Shown here in pieces: positions 17,171-27,178 of a stretch of DNA of 64,000 nt. The notes under the pieces are model-generated. The model saw only the letters and a program-made list of their open reading frames with translations. It had not been told where the DNA came from and did not search any database. Origin of the DNA: a bacterium. GTDB taxonomy: Bacteria; Zhuqueibacterota; Zhuqueibacteria; Residuimicrobiales; Krinioviventaceae. The stretch is from assembly GCA_963674595.2 (NCBI GenBank), contig CAXXFV010000016.1, positions 544,001-608,000 of the forward strand, given 5' to 3'. Positions within the stretch are counted from its first letter, which is position 1, and each line of letters begins with the position of its first letter. Both the position numbers and the translations under genes were made by a program.

Positions 17171-19462
17171 TTATTGCAAAACAAAGTTAAAATCTTTATT
17201 CAGTGTTAAATTATATTCTTGTGCAGTAACAGAAACTTCCAGATTATACAAACCAGGATCGAGTTTACTTAAATCCAGAGTCATATATTCATAAGTATTT
17301 TTTTGGGCAGCAAAACCCTGAACCGCAATGGACAGTTTTTTGTCATTGGAAAAAAATAATCCTGTCAGTTTATCCATAAAACTCTTTTTGAGTTTTCCCA
17401 ACGATTTGATTTGATAGATGATGTCGTATTCAACATTTTTTTTCTCACTCATGGGCAGATTATAAAGCTCAAAATAGAGATGTAATGGATTGTTTAGCCC
17501 ATACTTTAGATCCGGTTTAGGGAGCACCTTTAAATTATTTTTAATAAACTGACCCGATTCGTCTGTTTTTGTGATCTGCCCTGCCGGTTCCAAATCGCTC
17601 ATAAACGGTTTATCATTAAAATCATTTTCCGACGCAATTTTTATTTTAAATCCGCCCATTTTATCCATCGTTGGTATTTGTAAAGACAAACTTGTGAAAT
17701 AAGATTGGCCGTTATGTAGTGAAAAGTTTAATTGTCCCGGCCAATAACCGAGCGAATCTATCCACGTTTTTATTTCGTCCAATGAAACCACCCGGTTCTT
17801 TTGAATAACCGTGTTCCAGTTTTCATCAAAAACACCAAGTCCGATGTTGAGTTCTGTTTCCATATCCAGGGTGTCCGGAATGGTTGCTATAAATTGAGAA
17901 CATAAACTGTAATACAGCTCATAATTGCTTTTCTTTTCATCTCTGGCAAAACCGGCCAGATAACAGGAGACATTAATGTTTTTTTCCTGTTCGTTCCATT
18001 GATAATAGTCTGAATTCAAACCCTCATAAATCACTTTTTCGTTTTCCAGTTCCAACATCTCTTGAAGTTGATGTTTTTCCCGATCATCAGAAGATGTTAA
18101 AAGCCTGAAATATTTTTTGTCCCAACCCATACAATCCACCAGCATTTTATCCGGCAGTATGGGTGTTATTTGGGATTCCATCCTGGTTTTAATAAAATGA
18201 AATATTTTTGCCGGTGTCGATTCTGTTTGATAATAAAACCACGATTCACCGCTGTCCAGCCCTTCCCACCATTTGCCGGCCTCGACCGTTGCGTTTCCGC
18301 CGCACACTCTGCTCTTTTCATTCGGTGGCCCATAACGAATATAAATCACTCCCTGGTCATCATACCGGTCCGCCATGTCATAAATATCCGGACATTCAAA
18401 AACAGCGTCAACAGCCTGCCACCTGGTTTTACCGATTTTAACCTGCCTATGGTTTTTTTCTGCATAATCACATCTTTTTAAATGTTCAATTAATCTTGCA
18501 TTGTAAGAGGATGATGGAAAGGGATTTCTTCGCAGCCATGATTTTTTAATATAGTTTTTCGCCTGAAGGTAATTCAGGTTTTTTAAATACCGCAACTCTG
18601 CATCAGAAAAGATGTATTTTATATCATGAAAAAGGATGGTTGCATCCTTTTCATTGGATATGGCCTCAATGGCATCATTATAGTATAATTCAGCCTTTTT
18701 GTACATGTTTTGCTGAAATGCCAGTTTTGCCTGTGAAAGTAAAATCGCACATGGCGAGATAAATGGGGGACTGTTTAAAGAATTAAAAATCGATTCGGCT
18801 TTTTCCAGCTTACCCTTTTGACGATAATATTCGCCCAGAAAATAACGGGACAATTCATCCGGACGCTGCAGCAGTTTAACATCATTTTTATTGCCTCTAA
18901 AAATAAGGGCGTCATAATAAAAATAGACTTTATAATACGCATCCAGATCATCCGGAAAGAATTTCAGGTGATGTTGTAAAAGTTCGATGGCCTGTTGATA
19001 TTTTTCTTGATAGCCTTTTAATATGGAATATTCATACAAGACATTTTTCATTGTCGAATCAGCAGCCAAAACCGCCTGAAAACATTTCTCGGAATTTTTC
19101 CAGAACCGTGTCCGTATAACAAATGACGAAAAATAACCTTTTGCCCGGTAAGCCTGTGCCGTTATTATCTGGGCGTCCAGGTTGTTTTTGTCAATTTTTA
19201 GAACATGGTCCATTAACAGGAGGGCATTGTCCCATTGTCTTTGTTCGATATAAAACTGACCCAGTGTTTGATGGGCAAACAAATGATGTGGTTCGTCCCT
19301 GCATATTTTTTGCATCATTTTGATTGCTTTTCCTGCCTCACCCGCTTGATATATCACTATGGATTCCCTGACCTTTTCCTCTGTGGTCGGCGGTTGACAA
19401 TATCCAATGGAATACAGCAATAAAATAAAAAAAGTAATTTTCTGAGTAAAATGAACCGGCAT
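17171..19462 (-). CDS. TPR-repeat protein with GWxTD-like domain
   Basis: Signal peptide, TPR-like helices, WLRRNP...NARLIEH and DDQGVIYIRYGPP motifs; C-terminal YFELYNL...LDPGLYNLEV Ig-like region. Confidence 0.8.
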   Translation of the reverse strand: MPVHFTQKITFFILLLYSIGYCQPPTTEEKVRESIVIYQAGEAGKAIKMMQKICRDEPHHLFAHQTLGQFYIEQRQWDNALLLMDHVLKIDKNNLDAQIITAQAYRAKGYFSSFVIRTRFWKNSEKCFQAVLAADSTMKNVLYEYSILKGYQEKYQQAIELLQHHLKFFPDDLDAYYKVYFYYDALIFRGNKNDVKLLQRPDELSRYFLGEYYRQKGKLEKAESIFNSLNSPPFISPCAILLSQAKLAFQQNMYKKAELYYNDAIEAISNEKDATILFHDIKYIFSDAELRYLKNLNYLQAKNYIKKSWLRRNPFPSSSYNARLIEHLKRCDYAEKNHRQVKIGKTRWQAVDAVFECPDIYDMADRYDDQGVIYIRYGPPNEKSRVCGGNATVEAGKWWEGLDSGESWFYYQTESTPAKIFHFIKTRMESQITPILPDKMLVDCMGWDKKYFRLLTSSDDREKHQLQEMLELENEKVIYEGLNSDYYQWNEQEKNINVSCYLAGFARDEKKSNYELYYSLCSQFIATIPDTLDMETELNIGLGVFDENWNTVIQKNRVVSLDEIKTWIDSLGYWPGQLNFSLHNGQSYFTSLSLQIPTMDKMGGFKIKIASENDFNDKPFMSDLEPAGQITKTDESGQFIKNNLKVLPKPDLKYGLNNPLHLYFELYNLPMSEKKNVEYDIIYQIKSLGKLKKSFMDKLTGLFFSNDKKLSIAVQGFAAQKNTYEYMTLDLSKLDPGLYNLEVSVTAQEYNLTLNKDFNFVLQ

Positions 19463-19538
19463 AGCAAACCTCCCACAGTTTTAAATCGCCCTTAATTTCT
19501 TTACCCATGCAGTTATATTTTGAAGTTATAAAGTTGCT

Positions 19539-20240
19539 TTAGCTTTTCAAGTAATTTTGATGTAAATACTCGAGCACCTTGTTCATCAGTTGATTTGTAG
19601 AGTTATATCGTTCAGATGGTGCGGATAAAATATTTTCTTCTATTTGTATATATTCTCCCGGTACAAGCTCATCACGGCAATTGGCGACAATCTCCTGAAC
19701 AGATTCTTTGGTCATTTCAAGATGAAACTGCAGTCCGATAACGTTTTTGCCAATTTGAAAAGCCTGGTTTCGGCAGACATTGGTTTCGGCAATTCGAACA
19801 GCGCCTTTTGGAAGGTCAAAGGTTTCTCCGTGCCAGTGAAAAACTATTGTTGATCCCGGGAATTCGAATGCAGCATTGTTTGCCGGTGTAACGGCATTTA
19901 CAGAAAACCAGCCGATTTCTTTAACCGAATTGGGATATATTTTTTCACCCAGTGCGCCGGCTAAAAGCTGCGCCCCCAGACAAATTCCCAAAACCGGTTT
20001 TCCGGATTCAACAAATTCTTTGATAAATCTTTTTTCCTGTACCAGCCAGGGATATTCAGATTCGTCATTAATGCTCATGGGACCGCCCATGATAACTAGA
20101 AAATCAATGTCCTTTTGATCGGGAAATTCTGTGTTTTTGAAAAGTTGGGTACACGTAATATTGTATCCGGTTTTTTCAAACCAGTCTTTAATACTGCCAA
20201 GACCTTCAAAGGGAACATGTTGTAAATAATGTGCGCGCAT
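19539..20240 (-). CDS. Type 1 glutamine amidotransferase (GuaA-like standalone)
   Basis: QHVPFEGLG, MGGPMS, GICLGAQ, HWHGETF and QFHLE catalytic motifs. Confidence 0.93.
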   Translation of the reverse strand: MRAHYLQHVPFEGLGSIKDWFEKTGYNITCTQLFKNTEFPDQKDIDFLVIMGGPMSINDESEYPWLVQEKRFIKEFVESGKPVLGICLGAQLLAGALGEKIYPNSVKEIGWFSVNAVTPANNAAFEFPGSTIVFHWHGETFDLPKGAVRIAETNVCRNQAFQIGKNVIGLQFHLEMTKESVQEIVANCRDELVPGEYIQIEENILSAPSERYNSTNQLMNKVLEYLHQNYLKS

Positions 20241-21443
20241 TTGGTTTCCTATATTTTATTAATATTATATAACTAAAATTGAGTAAACTCGAAATATAAA
20301 GCTGAATTGTTAACCTTTTTCAGCTAATAATTTTGAAAATTCATTTACAAATGACGTTGCTTCCTGGGCAACTCTGGCAGATGAAAGATAATTAAATCTT
20401 CCCTGACGTCCTAATGTATAAATTCCAAAATTTTCTACCTTGTTAATTAAGTTTTGAGCTTTATTAATTTCTGTTGTGGTATACAGAGGATAACCATAAT
20501 CTGTTATTGTTCCACCCTTGTATTTAAAAATTCCTTTGAACAAAAAACTTTTGGATATATGCTGTTCAAAATTTTGCTTTTGTTGTTCCAATACAAGTTC
20601 ATTTTCAGGACCGTTTTTATGTGGAGCCAAAGTGCCTTCAACAGTAAAATAAAGTTTACTGCTTTCACTATTTGATTGTTTGAATATTGTAATCCTTTTC
20701 CAATCTCCTTCGGGAGAATAATTCATAATTATTGAGGCGTTGGAATTCATAGTTCCATGAAATTCATAAAATAGCGAATACAATTTCAGATATGTCAAGT
20801 CACAATTTTGGTTTGGAAAACAACAGTTATTTAGTTCGGTTAAAGGGATTGTTGATATAATATAATCATAAGACCGTGTATTGCCATTAAAATGAATTGA
20901 ATAATTATTTTTATTCCTGTCTATTTGTCTAATATCAGAATTGTATAATATATTAATATTTTTTGATGTTAGATGATTTTCAATTTTTTTAAATATTTGA
21001 TCAAATCCTTGATTAGAGATACGAAGCAGTTTTTTGTTTGGTACTGTGTTATTGTTTTTTTTACGGAAAATAGGGGCCCATTTTTGTTTAATATATTTTT
21101 TTATTTTGTAATTCTCTAAAAACAACATTCTTTTATTATAAAAATCGATGTCAATATTTCTATTGTCGGTGTGAAATAGTTTATTTAAATAGCTTTCCAA
21201 TCCGCTGTTTTTATAAACAACATCGCTGATTGTATATTTTATTCTCGATTCGAATTTCGGATCATTTCTATGATTAATTTTACTTATTAATAAAGACGCC
21301 ATTGCAAGATAAAAATTTACAATTCCATTTTCTTTGATATAATTTTTTAAATTAAGCGGAAAACTGTAATGTAATACTTATCTTTGAACTTGAGAAAAGG
21401 GCCAAAAATATTAAATTAGTCTATTATGAAAAATGGAGGCCCA

Positions 21444-21749
21444 ATGAGCAAACGAAGACGCTTTACTGCTGAAGAAAAAGTCCAAATTTTAAGAGAACAT
21501 TTAGAAAATAAGATCAGCATATCCGAAATAGCTAAACAATATAATATTCATCCTGTAGTTATACACAGATGGAAAAAAGAGCTCTTTGAAAATGCGCTTG
21601 ACGGTTTTTCCGGCAAACATAAAAAGCGTAAAGGAAAATCTGTCAAAGAAGAACGTCTTGAAACCAAAGTCAGCAAAATGCAGGAAGTCATCACCGAACT
21701 CTCCACAGAGGTCGTTGATTTGCGAAAAAAGTATTTTGGGGCAACCTGA
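21444..21749 (+). CDS. IS3 transposase OrfA (HTH)
   Basis: RRRFTAEEKVQIL...IHRWKK HTH; RBS GGAGG; ends just after the A AAA AAG slippery site. Confidence 0.92.
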   Translation: MSKRRRFTAEEKVQILREHLENKISISEIAKQYNIHPVVIHRWKKELFENALDGFSGKHKKRKGKSVKEERLETKVSKMQEVITELSTEVVDLRKKYFGAT

Positions 21750-21787
21750 AAAAGACATGGGTTGCTCCTGATGTTAGAGATGATGTT

Positions 21788-22714
21788 TTGTCTTCTCTGC
21801 AAACGTTAACGGCAAAGACCGGTGTTCCTTTGAGTTTATTACTCAAGACCATTGGTTTGTCCTGGACCCGGTACTATGACTGGCAAAAACGTTTTGGTCA
21901 ACCAAATCAACATAACAGCGACACACCTCGCAGCTTTTGGCTGGAACCGTGGGAGTGTCAACGTATCATAAAATACAAAAAGGAACATATGCAGATCGGC
22001 TATAAACGACTGACCTATATGATGCTTGATGAAAATGTTGTTGCTGTGAGCCCGTCAACGACCTATCGTATTCTGCGGAACGCCGGACTCACAAGTCAAT
22101 GGAATAACAGTACGTTACAATCAAATAAGAAAGGCTTTATTCAACCCAAAAGACCGCATCAGCATTGGCATATAGATATTTCCTATATTGCCTTTCATGG
22201 TTCGCATCTCTTTTTGATTTCTGTACTGGACGGATTTTCAAGATTTATCGTTCACCATGAATTAAGAACTCATATGCAGGAATATGATGTCGAGATTGTA
22301 CTGCAAAGAGCTTTGGAAAAATATCCAAATGAAAAACCTCGAATTATTTCCGATAATGGTTCACAGTTTATTGCCAATGACTTTAAATCTTTTTTAAGGT
22401 TAAATAATTTGACGCACGTTCGAACTTCGATTAATCATCCACAGTCGAATGGTAAAATTGAAGCTTTTCATAAAATCATTAAAAATGAATGCACCCGAAT
22501 TCAAAGTATGATTAATCTGGAGGATGCCAGAAATAAAGTCGTACTTTATATCCATCAATACAACTATAACCGGTTACACAGTGCTATTGGATTTATTACA
22601 CCATTTGACAAATTATCAGGAAAAGCTGATAGTATTTTCAAAGAACGTGATATGAAACTTGAACAAGCCCGCCAAAGAAGGCAGGAAAACAATAAAATTA
22701 TAAAGGCAGCTTAA
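21788..22714 (+). CDS. IS3 transposase OrfB (DDE integrase core), probably made as an OrfAB -1 frameshift fusion
   Basis: WHIDISY, ISDNGSQF, PQSNGKIEAFH and YNYNRLHSAIG motifs; the frame is open upstream to the slippery site at 21725-21731. Confidence 0.93.
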   Translation: MSSLQTLTAKTGVPLSLLLKTIGLSWTRYYDWQKRFGQPNQHNSDTPRSFWLEPWECQRIIKYKKEHMQIGYKRLTYMMLDENVVAVSPSTTYRILRNAGLTSQWNNSTLQSNKKGFIQPKRPHQHWHIDISYIAFHGSHLFLISVLDGFSRFIVHHELRTHMQEYDVEIVLQRALEKYPNEKPRIISDNGSQFIANDFKSFLRLNNLTHVRTSINHPQSNGKIEAFHKIIKNECTRIQSMINLEDARNKVVLYIHQYNYNRLHSAIGFITPFDKLSGKADSIFKERDMKLEQARQRRQENNKIIKAA

Positions 22715-23132
22715 AACTAACTTATTTCAAATATGCCTTTTCTCAAGTTTACCTTGAACCTTTACAGTAAAAGTTATTTAATGGTGTTATTAATATCGGT
22801 TTGATTTCTTCTGATATAAAATCTGATTTAATAAATGGGAATGTTTTAAAAATACTATTATTCTCATAAAAAATAAAACTGCCTATGTCATAATTTATTT
22901 CGTTTCGTTTTACTGAAGATATCAATCCTCCAAGTTGAGAACGTTTTTCCAATAAATCGATTTTAAGGTTCGTGTTTTGTGCTAATTCATTAGCTATGAA
23001 TATTCCTGAAACGCCTCCGCCTAACACTGCTAATTTGACCAATTTATCCTCCCATAAGCTTTTGTGTACTCGAGTATATTCAAGTGGTATGAAATATTAG
23101 TTTAAAGATTTCACCGATTTGTAATGTTATTA

Positions 23133-23627
23133 TCAGGGTTCAACAATTTTGTATCCATTCAATTCCGCAAATATTTTAAAATGTTTTCGGATTTCCATGT
23201 TTTTGTAATAAGGGACATAGACTGTTATGCCATTATCCCTATTCAATTTTTGATAAATATCGAATGTGGCGTATTCAAATTTTACTTGTTCAATATCCTG
23301 CCATGAAATTCTTTTTGCTTTTTGAAAATAGTTGTCTTTAATTTCCAGTTTGTCCGCTAAAAAGTGGATGTATTGTCCGCCAAAAATTTTGTTTAAAACC
23401 GGGATAATGATATAAAACCAGCAAAGCACAACACCTGAAAAAAGTTGAACGTAATTTATGATCCTGTTCATAGTTTCCGTGTTCGAATCTCTTTTAATGA
23501 AAAAAGTAGTTATTAAAAAAGCGGCGAGAAGAACCATGATGATAAGGTGGAATTTATTTGTTTTGTTGGAAAAATCAGGGCTTTGCATAAACATGGAACC
23601 AATGTGAATTTTTTTGTTTTCCGGCAT
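23133..23627 (-). CDS. Hypothetical membrane protein (2 TM plus possible PH-like C-terminus)
   Basis: Two hydrophobic segments; ISWQDIEQV motif; GGAG upstream of ATG 23627 (ORF extends to 23657). Confidence 0.6.
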   Translation of the reverse strand: MPENKKIHIGSMFMQSPDFSNKTNKFHLIIMVLLAAFLITTFFIKRDSNTETMNRIINYVQLFSGVVLCWFYIIIPVLNKIFGGQYIHFLADKLEIKDNYFQKAKRISWQDIEQVKFEYATFDIYQKLNRDNGITVYVPYYKNMEIRKHFKIFAELNGYKIVEP

Positions 23628-23704
23628 TTTAATGTTCTCCGTATTAAAAATAATCACGTCCGTATCGTAGATTTTTTATTACAAAAACAACAAAGAATCC
23701 AGTA

Positions 23705-24340
23705 TTATTTTTTTATTAAAGTGTCCAATTCGAGTGTTTTGTCCGAAATTTTTATTTTAAAAAATTGATTTGATTCTTTAAATTCTATTATGTTTAGATT
23801 GTCAACATCGTATATATGGTCGGCAAAATTTTTTTCAAATATTTTTTTCTCTAATATAGGTATGGTTTTATATCGTTTACTGATAGTGAGATGTTTACCA
23901 CCTAAACCGACCCACCCATAATTAGATTTATTTAAAAAGTATTGATTTACTATCCTTTCAGTTTGTCTTTTGTTTGTATAATCTCCAATCACCCATATCA
24001 CCGCCATAAAAGCAATGGTGGATATCAAAAGAATCGACACTATAGGAATAATTCCAAAAAAATTAAGTATCCTTCTGGTTTTGATGTTTTTAAGGTATTT
24101 GATATTCCACACTATATAGCAATATGTGATATATGTTAATATAATTATTGAAATATTCAATGATTGCCATACAAACATTATTTTTAAAAAAATATATATA
24201 GTGATCAGTACAAGTAAGAGGCAAAAGAGTGTTGAAACGTAGATAAAACGTTTATGATTGAATTTTTTTTGTCGAAACGTTATTAAATACGATAGAACAG
24301 GAATTGCAAATATGGATATGTAAATGATTAAGACATGCAT
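23705..24340 (-). CDS. Hypothetical membrane protein (about 4 TM)
   Basis: 211-aa ORF in very AT-rich DNA with four hydrophobic segments. Confidence 0.6.
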   Translation of the reverse strand: MHVLIIYISIFAIPVLSYLITFRQKKFNHKRFIYVSTLFCLLLVLITIYIFLKIMFVWQSLNISIIILTYITYCYIVWNIKYLKNIKTRRILNFFGIIPIVSILLISTIAFMAVIWVIGDYTNKRQTERIVNQYFLNKSNYGWVGLGGKHLTISKRYKTIPILEKKIFEKNFADHIYDVDNLNIIEFKESNQFFKIKISDKTLELDTLIKK

Positions 24341-24562
24341 AATTGGTACTCTTTTCCCAATTTTATAACTGAATGTTTTGGAATTTATATGTTTTAAAAG
24401 AATTCCTCAGTCGTTGGCCATTTTGAACTTTTTTGTGCTTTAGAATCTTTTTGGTACACACTTGATAGTCAAAGTACTCCAATAATTAACAAAAAAATAT
24501 ATTCATTCTGTTTAATTAGTTTTGTAATTATTTTCAATTCAGTGTTCCAAATATTAAATTTA

Positions 24563-25117
24563 TCAAGATAGCCTTTTAAAATATCTATCATCCTGCCATT
24601 TTAATGGATTTTCTATAATATATTGTTGAATGCGGTTGAGATCTTTTTCATCGCGGATGATATGTTCATAATAATTTCGCTGCCACAATTTTTCATTGAA
24701 ACGACGCCAATTGTATTGTTTTACGCCGCCAATATACCGTTTTGTTGTTAATGATTTAAATCGTTGTACAACCTCGGGTAATGAAAACGTATGGGCAATC
24801 CCCTGTGATTGCCCGTTATTGGGACAGACACAGGGGTCTGTCCCTACGTTCGTGATGTTGATAATACCGTGCAAATGATTCGGCATAATTTGGTATAAAC
24901 CAATATCAATCCCATGGTAAAATTGTGGTATTTCATTCCATATATTTTTGATCATAATCCCCGGATCATTTAACACCATTTTTCCATCTTTAATGTATCC
25001 AAACAGCATTTCGTGGTTCTGTGTACAGATGGTTACAAAATACCAACCCGGTTGGGAATAGTCATATCCCTTTAATCTGATCGATTTACGATGGTGTTTA
25101 TCGGGATTGTATTTCAT
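24563..25117 (-). CDS. REP-associated HUH (Y1) tyrosine transposase, RAYT/TnpA-REP-like
   Basis: RKSIRLKGYDYSQPGWYFVTICT; HUH motif MPNHLHGII; LWQRNYYEHIIR; catalytic-type YIIENP; in-frame REP pair at 24789-24847. Confidence 0.93.
   Translation of the reverse strand: MKYNPDKHHRKSIRLKGYDYSQPGWYFVTICTQNHEMLFGYIKDGKMVLNDPGIMIKNIWNEIPQFYHGIDIGLYQIMPNHLHGIINITNVGTDPCVCPNNGQSQGIAHTFSLPEVVQRFKSLTTKRYIGGVKQYNWRRFNEKLWQRNYYEHIIRDEKDLNRIQQYIIENPLKWQDDRYFKRLS
24789..24847. repeat. Inverted REP-A/REP-B doublet inside the RAYT coding sequence
   Basis: GTAT-GGGCAATC-CCCTGT-GATTGCCC, 7-nt spacer, GGACAGAC-ACAGGG-GTCTGTCC-CTAC. Confidence 0.9.
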
Positions 25118-25191
25118 GTTATTTGGTATTAAAATATTTAATGATAAATTTTTTATTTTTCGAATTTATATGTTTGAACGTCATCTATATT

Positions 25192-25337
25192 CCGTTTTGT
25201 TGTTAATGATTTAAATCGTTGTACAACCTCGGGTAATGAAACCGTAGGGGCAATCCCCTGTGATTGCCCGTTATTGGGACAGACACGGGGGTCTGTCCCT
25301 ACGTTCGTGATGTTGATAATACCGTGCAAATGATTCG
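25192..25337 (-). repeat. Partial RAYT gene copy with REP doublet (25244-25302)
   Basis: Near-identical to about 24737-24882. Confidence 0.9.
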
Positions 25338-25405
25338 ACCTGGCTTGGAGCCAGAAAAAAAGTTGCTTCTAAATTCTCGTGAGAAATTACTATTCTTTGT
25401 AATAA

Positions 25406-26116
25406 TTAATCTATGCTTAATATTACCTTTTCATTTGATAAAAATTTTAGCCCTATTTTTGTAATTACAAAAAGTAAAATAATAACTATTATCTGATATA
25501 TAATAAATGAAAATTCTATATTAAATTTATTGGGTTTTAAAAAATAAAATAAAGCACCGATAAAGATATAAAATCCTATTCTTATCTTTGTTTCATCTTT
25601 TGATAGCATCGTTACTATACCGATAAACCCGATTAGAAAAAGACAGATAATAGGATTAATTACCAAGAGTGATATTAATCCATGGGTGGAAGGGAAAAGC
25701 GTTTGAGCACTAATGATGGAATGGTTGATAATAATTAACATTGCAAAAGATAAAATAATCGACAAAATATAACCCACTGTTAAAATTGCCAATGTTTTTC
25801 CCAACCAAATTGTTTTTATATTTAATGGAGTTGAAAGTAATGAATGTATTGTATTTGATACTTTTTCTTGAAGAAAGAGCTGGTAATTAGCAGAATAGGC
25901 TAGGAACAAGATAAAAAGAATGGAATAAAAGAGGAAATAAAAATCAATTGCTAATGTTAATAAATTTTTATCAAAACTTATTTTTAAGAACATCTTGAAT
26001 GGCAAGTAAATCATCATCATACCAGCCAACAGAATCATTACATAAATTCTTTTCTCTTTTAATAAATCTGTGAGCTGTTTTATATAAATCACTTTTAACA
26101 TAAAGTATCCTTTCAT
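25406..26116 (-). CDS. ABC-2 type transporter permease
   Basis: QEKVSNTIHSLLSTPL...IWLGK ABC-2 signature; about 6 TM; ATGA overlap with the ATPase stop. Confidence 0.85.
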   Translation of the reverse strand: MKGYFMLKVIYIKQLTDLLKEKRIYVMILLAGMMMIYLPFKMFLKISFDKNLLTLAIDFYFLFYSILFILFLAYSANYQLFLQEKVSNTIHSLLSTPLNIKTIWLGKTLAILTVGYILSIILSFAMLIIINHSIISAQTLFPSTHGLISLLVINPIICLFLIGFIGIVTMLSKDETKIRIGFYIFIGALFYFLKPNKFNIEFSFIIYQIIVIILLFVITKIGLKFLSNEKVILSID

Positions 26117-26874
26117 TCATTGACATACTTGAAATAGACTTTTTCCAAGTTATAAGCTTTATTTTCTGCGCGGCTTTTTAGAGAATGCACAGTTTCTTCA
26201 AGTTTAATCTCTCCGTCCTTAATAATAGCGATTTTATCACAAAGACGATCGACTTCATACAGATTATGGGAACTAAAAAAAACGGATATTCCTTTTTCCT
26301 TTAACAGATATAAAAGATGCTCTCTTACTACACTTTGCATGTCAGGATCAAGTCCGTTAAAAGGCTCATCAAGAATTAATAATTTAGGCTCATGAAGTAT
26401 TGCGCGAATAAAAGAAGATTTTTTTTTCATTCCCTGACTAAAAGTTGATACTTTATTGTTTTTATTTGTGGATAGATCAAATTTCACCAACAGTTCATCA
26501 ATTAGCTTCATTCCTTTTTTTTGGAAATTCAGTTTGTAAATGTCAGAATAAAATTTGAGGTTTTCCAATAATGTCATGTTTCCATACAGACCGTCATTTT
26601 CGAGCATAAAACCGATGTTGTTTTTATAATTTTTTAATGAAGAATTTCCATTGAATTTTATTTGACCTGTGAATTCTTCATAAAGGCCCAAAATAATTCT
26701 AATCGTTGTTGTCTTGCCGGCACCATTCGGTCCCAGGTATCCAAATATTTGACCTTGCTCCATATTAAACGAAATGTTCTTTAATATCTGCTTTCCATTA
26801 ATCGATTTGGATACATTTTCAAGTGTAAGCATGATATTTTTTGTTCCTTTTGGTTGTTTTGAATTATTGCTCAT
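26113..26874 (-). CDS. ABC transporter ATP-binding protein (start 26874 or 26832)
   Basis: Walker A GPNGAGKTT, signature FSQGMKK, Walker B LILDEP, H-loop SSH. Confidence 0.93.
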   Translation of the reverse strand: MSNNSKQPKGTKNIMLTLENVSKSINGKQILKNISFNMEQGQIFGYLGPNGAGKTTTIRIILGLYEEFTGQIKFNGNSSLKNYKNNIGFMLENDGLYGNMTLLENLKFYSDIYKLNFQKKGMKLIDELLVKFDLSTNKNNKVSTFSQGMKKKSSFIRAILHEPKLLILDEPFNGLDPDMQSVVREHLLYLLKEKGISVFFSSHNLYEVDRLCDKIAIIKDGEIKLEETVHSLKSRAENKAYNLEKVYFKYVNE

Positions 26875-26904
26875 ATTTAAGCGTCTACATTTAATTAGGA
26901 TATT

Positions 26905-27178
26905 TTTTAAAATATCTATCATCCTGCCATTTTAATGGATTTTCTATAATATATTGTTGAATGCGGTTGAGATCTTTTTCATCGCGGATGATACGTTCAT
27001 AATAATTTCGCTGCCACAATTTTTTATTGAATCGACGCCAATTGTATTGTTTTACGCCGCCAATATAATGTTTTGTTGTTAATGATTTAAATCGTTGTAC
27101 AACCTCGGGTAATGAAAACGTATGGGCAATCCCCTGTGATTGCCCGTTATTGGGACAGACACAGGGGTCTGTCCCTAC
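26905..27178 (-). pseudogene. 3' half of the RAYT gene (duplicate), starting exactly at the REP-B GTAG
   Basis: 274 bp nearly identical to 24574-24847; lacks the N-terminus and HUH motif. Confidence 0.9.

Larger units (their letters stand above)
21370..22766 (+). mobile_element. IS3-family insertion sequence, 1397 bp
   Basis: TG...CA ends; imperfect IRs TGTAA-N12-AACTTGAGAAAAGG at both ends; 4-bp target duplication GTAA (21366-21369 and 22767-22770); orfA/orfB layout. Confidence 0.95.
20310..23042 (-). pseudogene. FAD-dependent oxidoreductase (protoporphyrinogen oxidase/UDP-galactopyranose mutase-like) split by an IS3 element
   Basis: 5' part has LGGGVSG and EKRSQLGGL; 3' part has LGRQGRFNY. 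Removing 21370-22766 and one GTAA restores a 443-aa frame (...LNNFY-SFPLNLKNYIKENG...MASLLI). Confidence 0.9.

Noticed and set aside
24563-25117. Canonical IS200/IS605 element with TnpB
   Set aside because: No tnpB is adjacent; the N-terminal RxSIRL..YDY motif and GTAG-capped palindromes fit RAYT-type proteins better.
26875-26922. N-terminal extension of the ABC ATPase (MIDILKNILIKCRRLN)
   Set aside because: It begins inside the RAYT duplicate; ATG 26874 or 26832 is more plausible.
24574-27178. Diversity-generating retroelement TR/VR pair
   Set aside because: The few differences between copies are not adenine-specific, and no reverse transcriptase is in the window.
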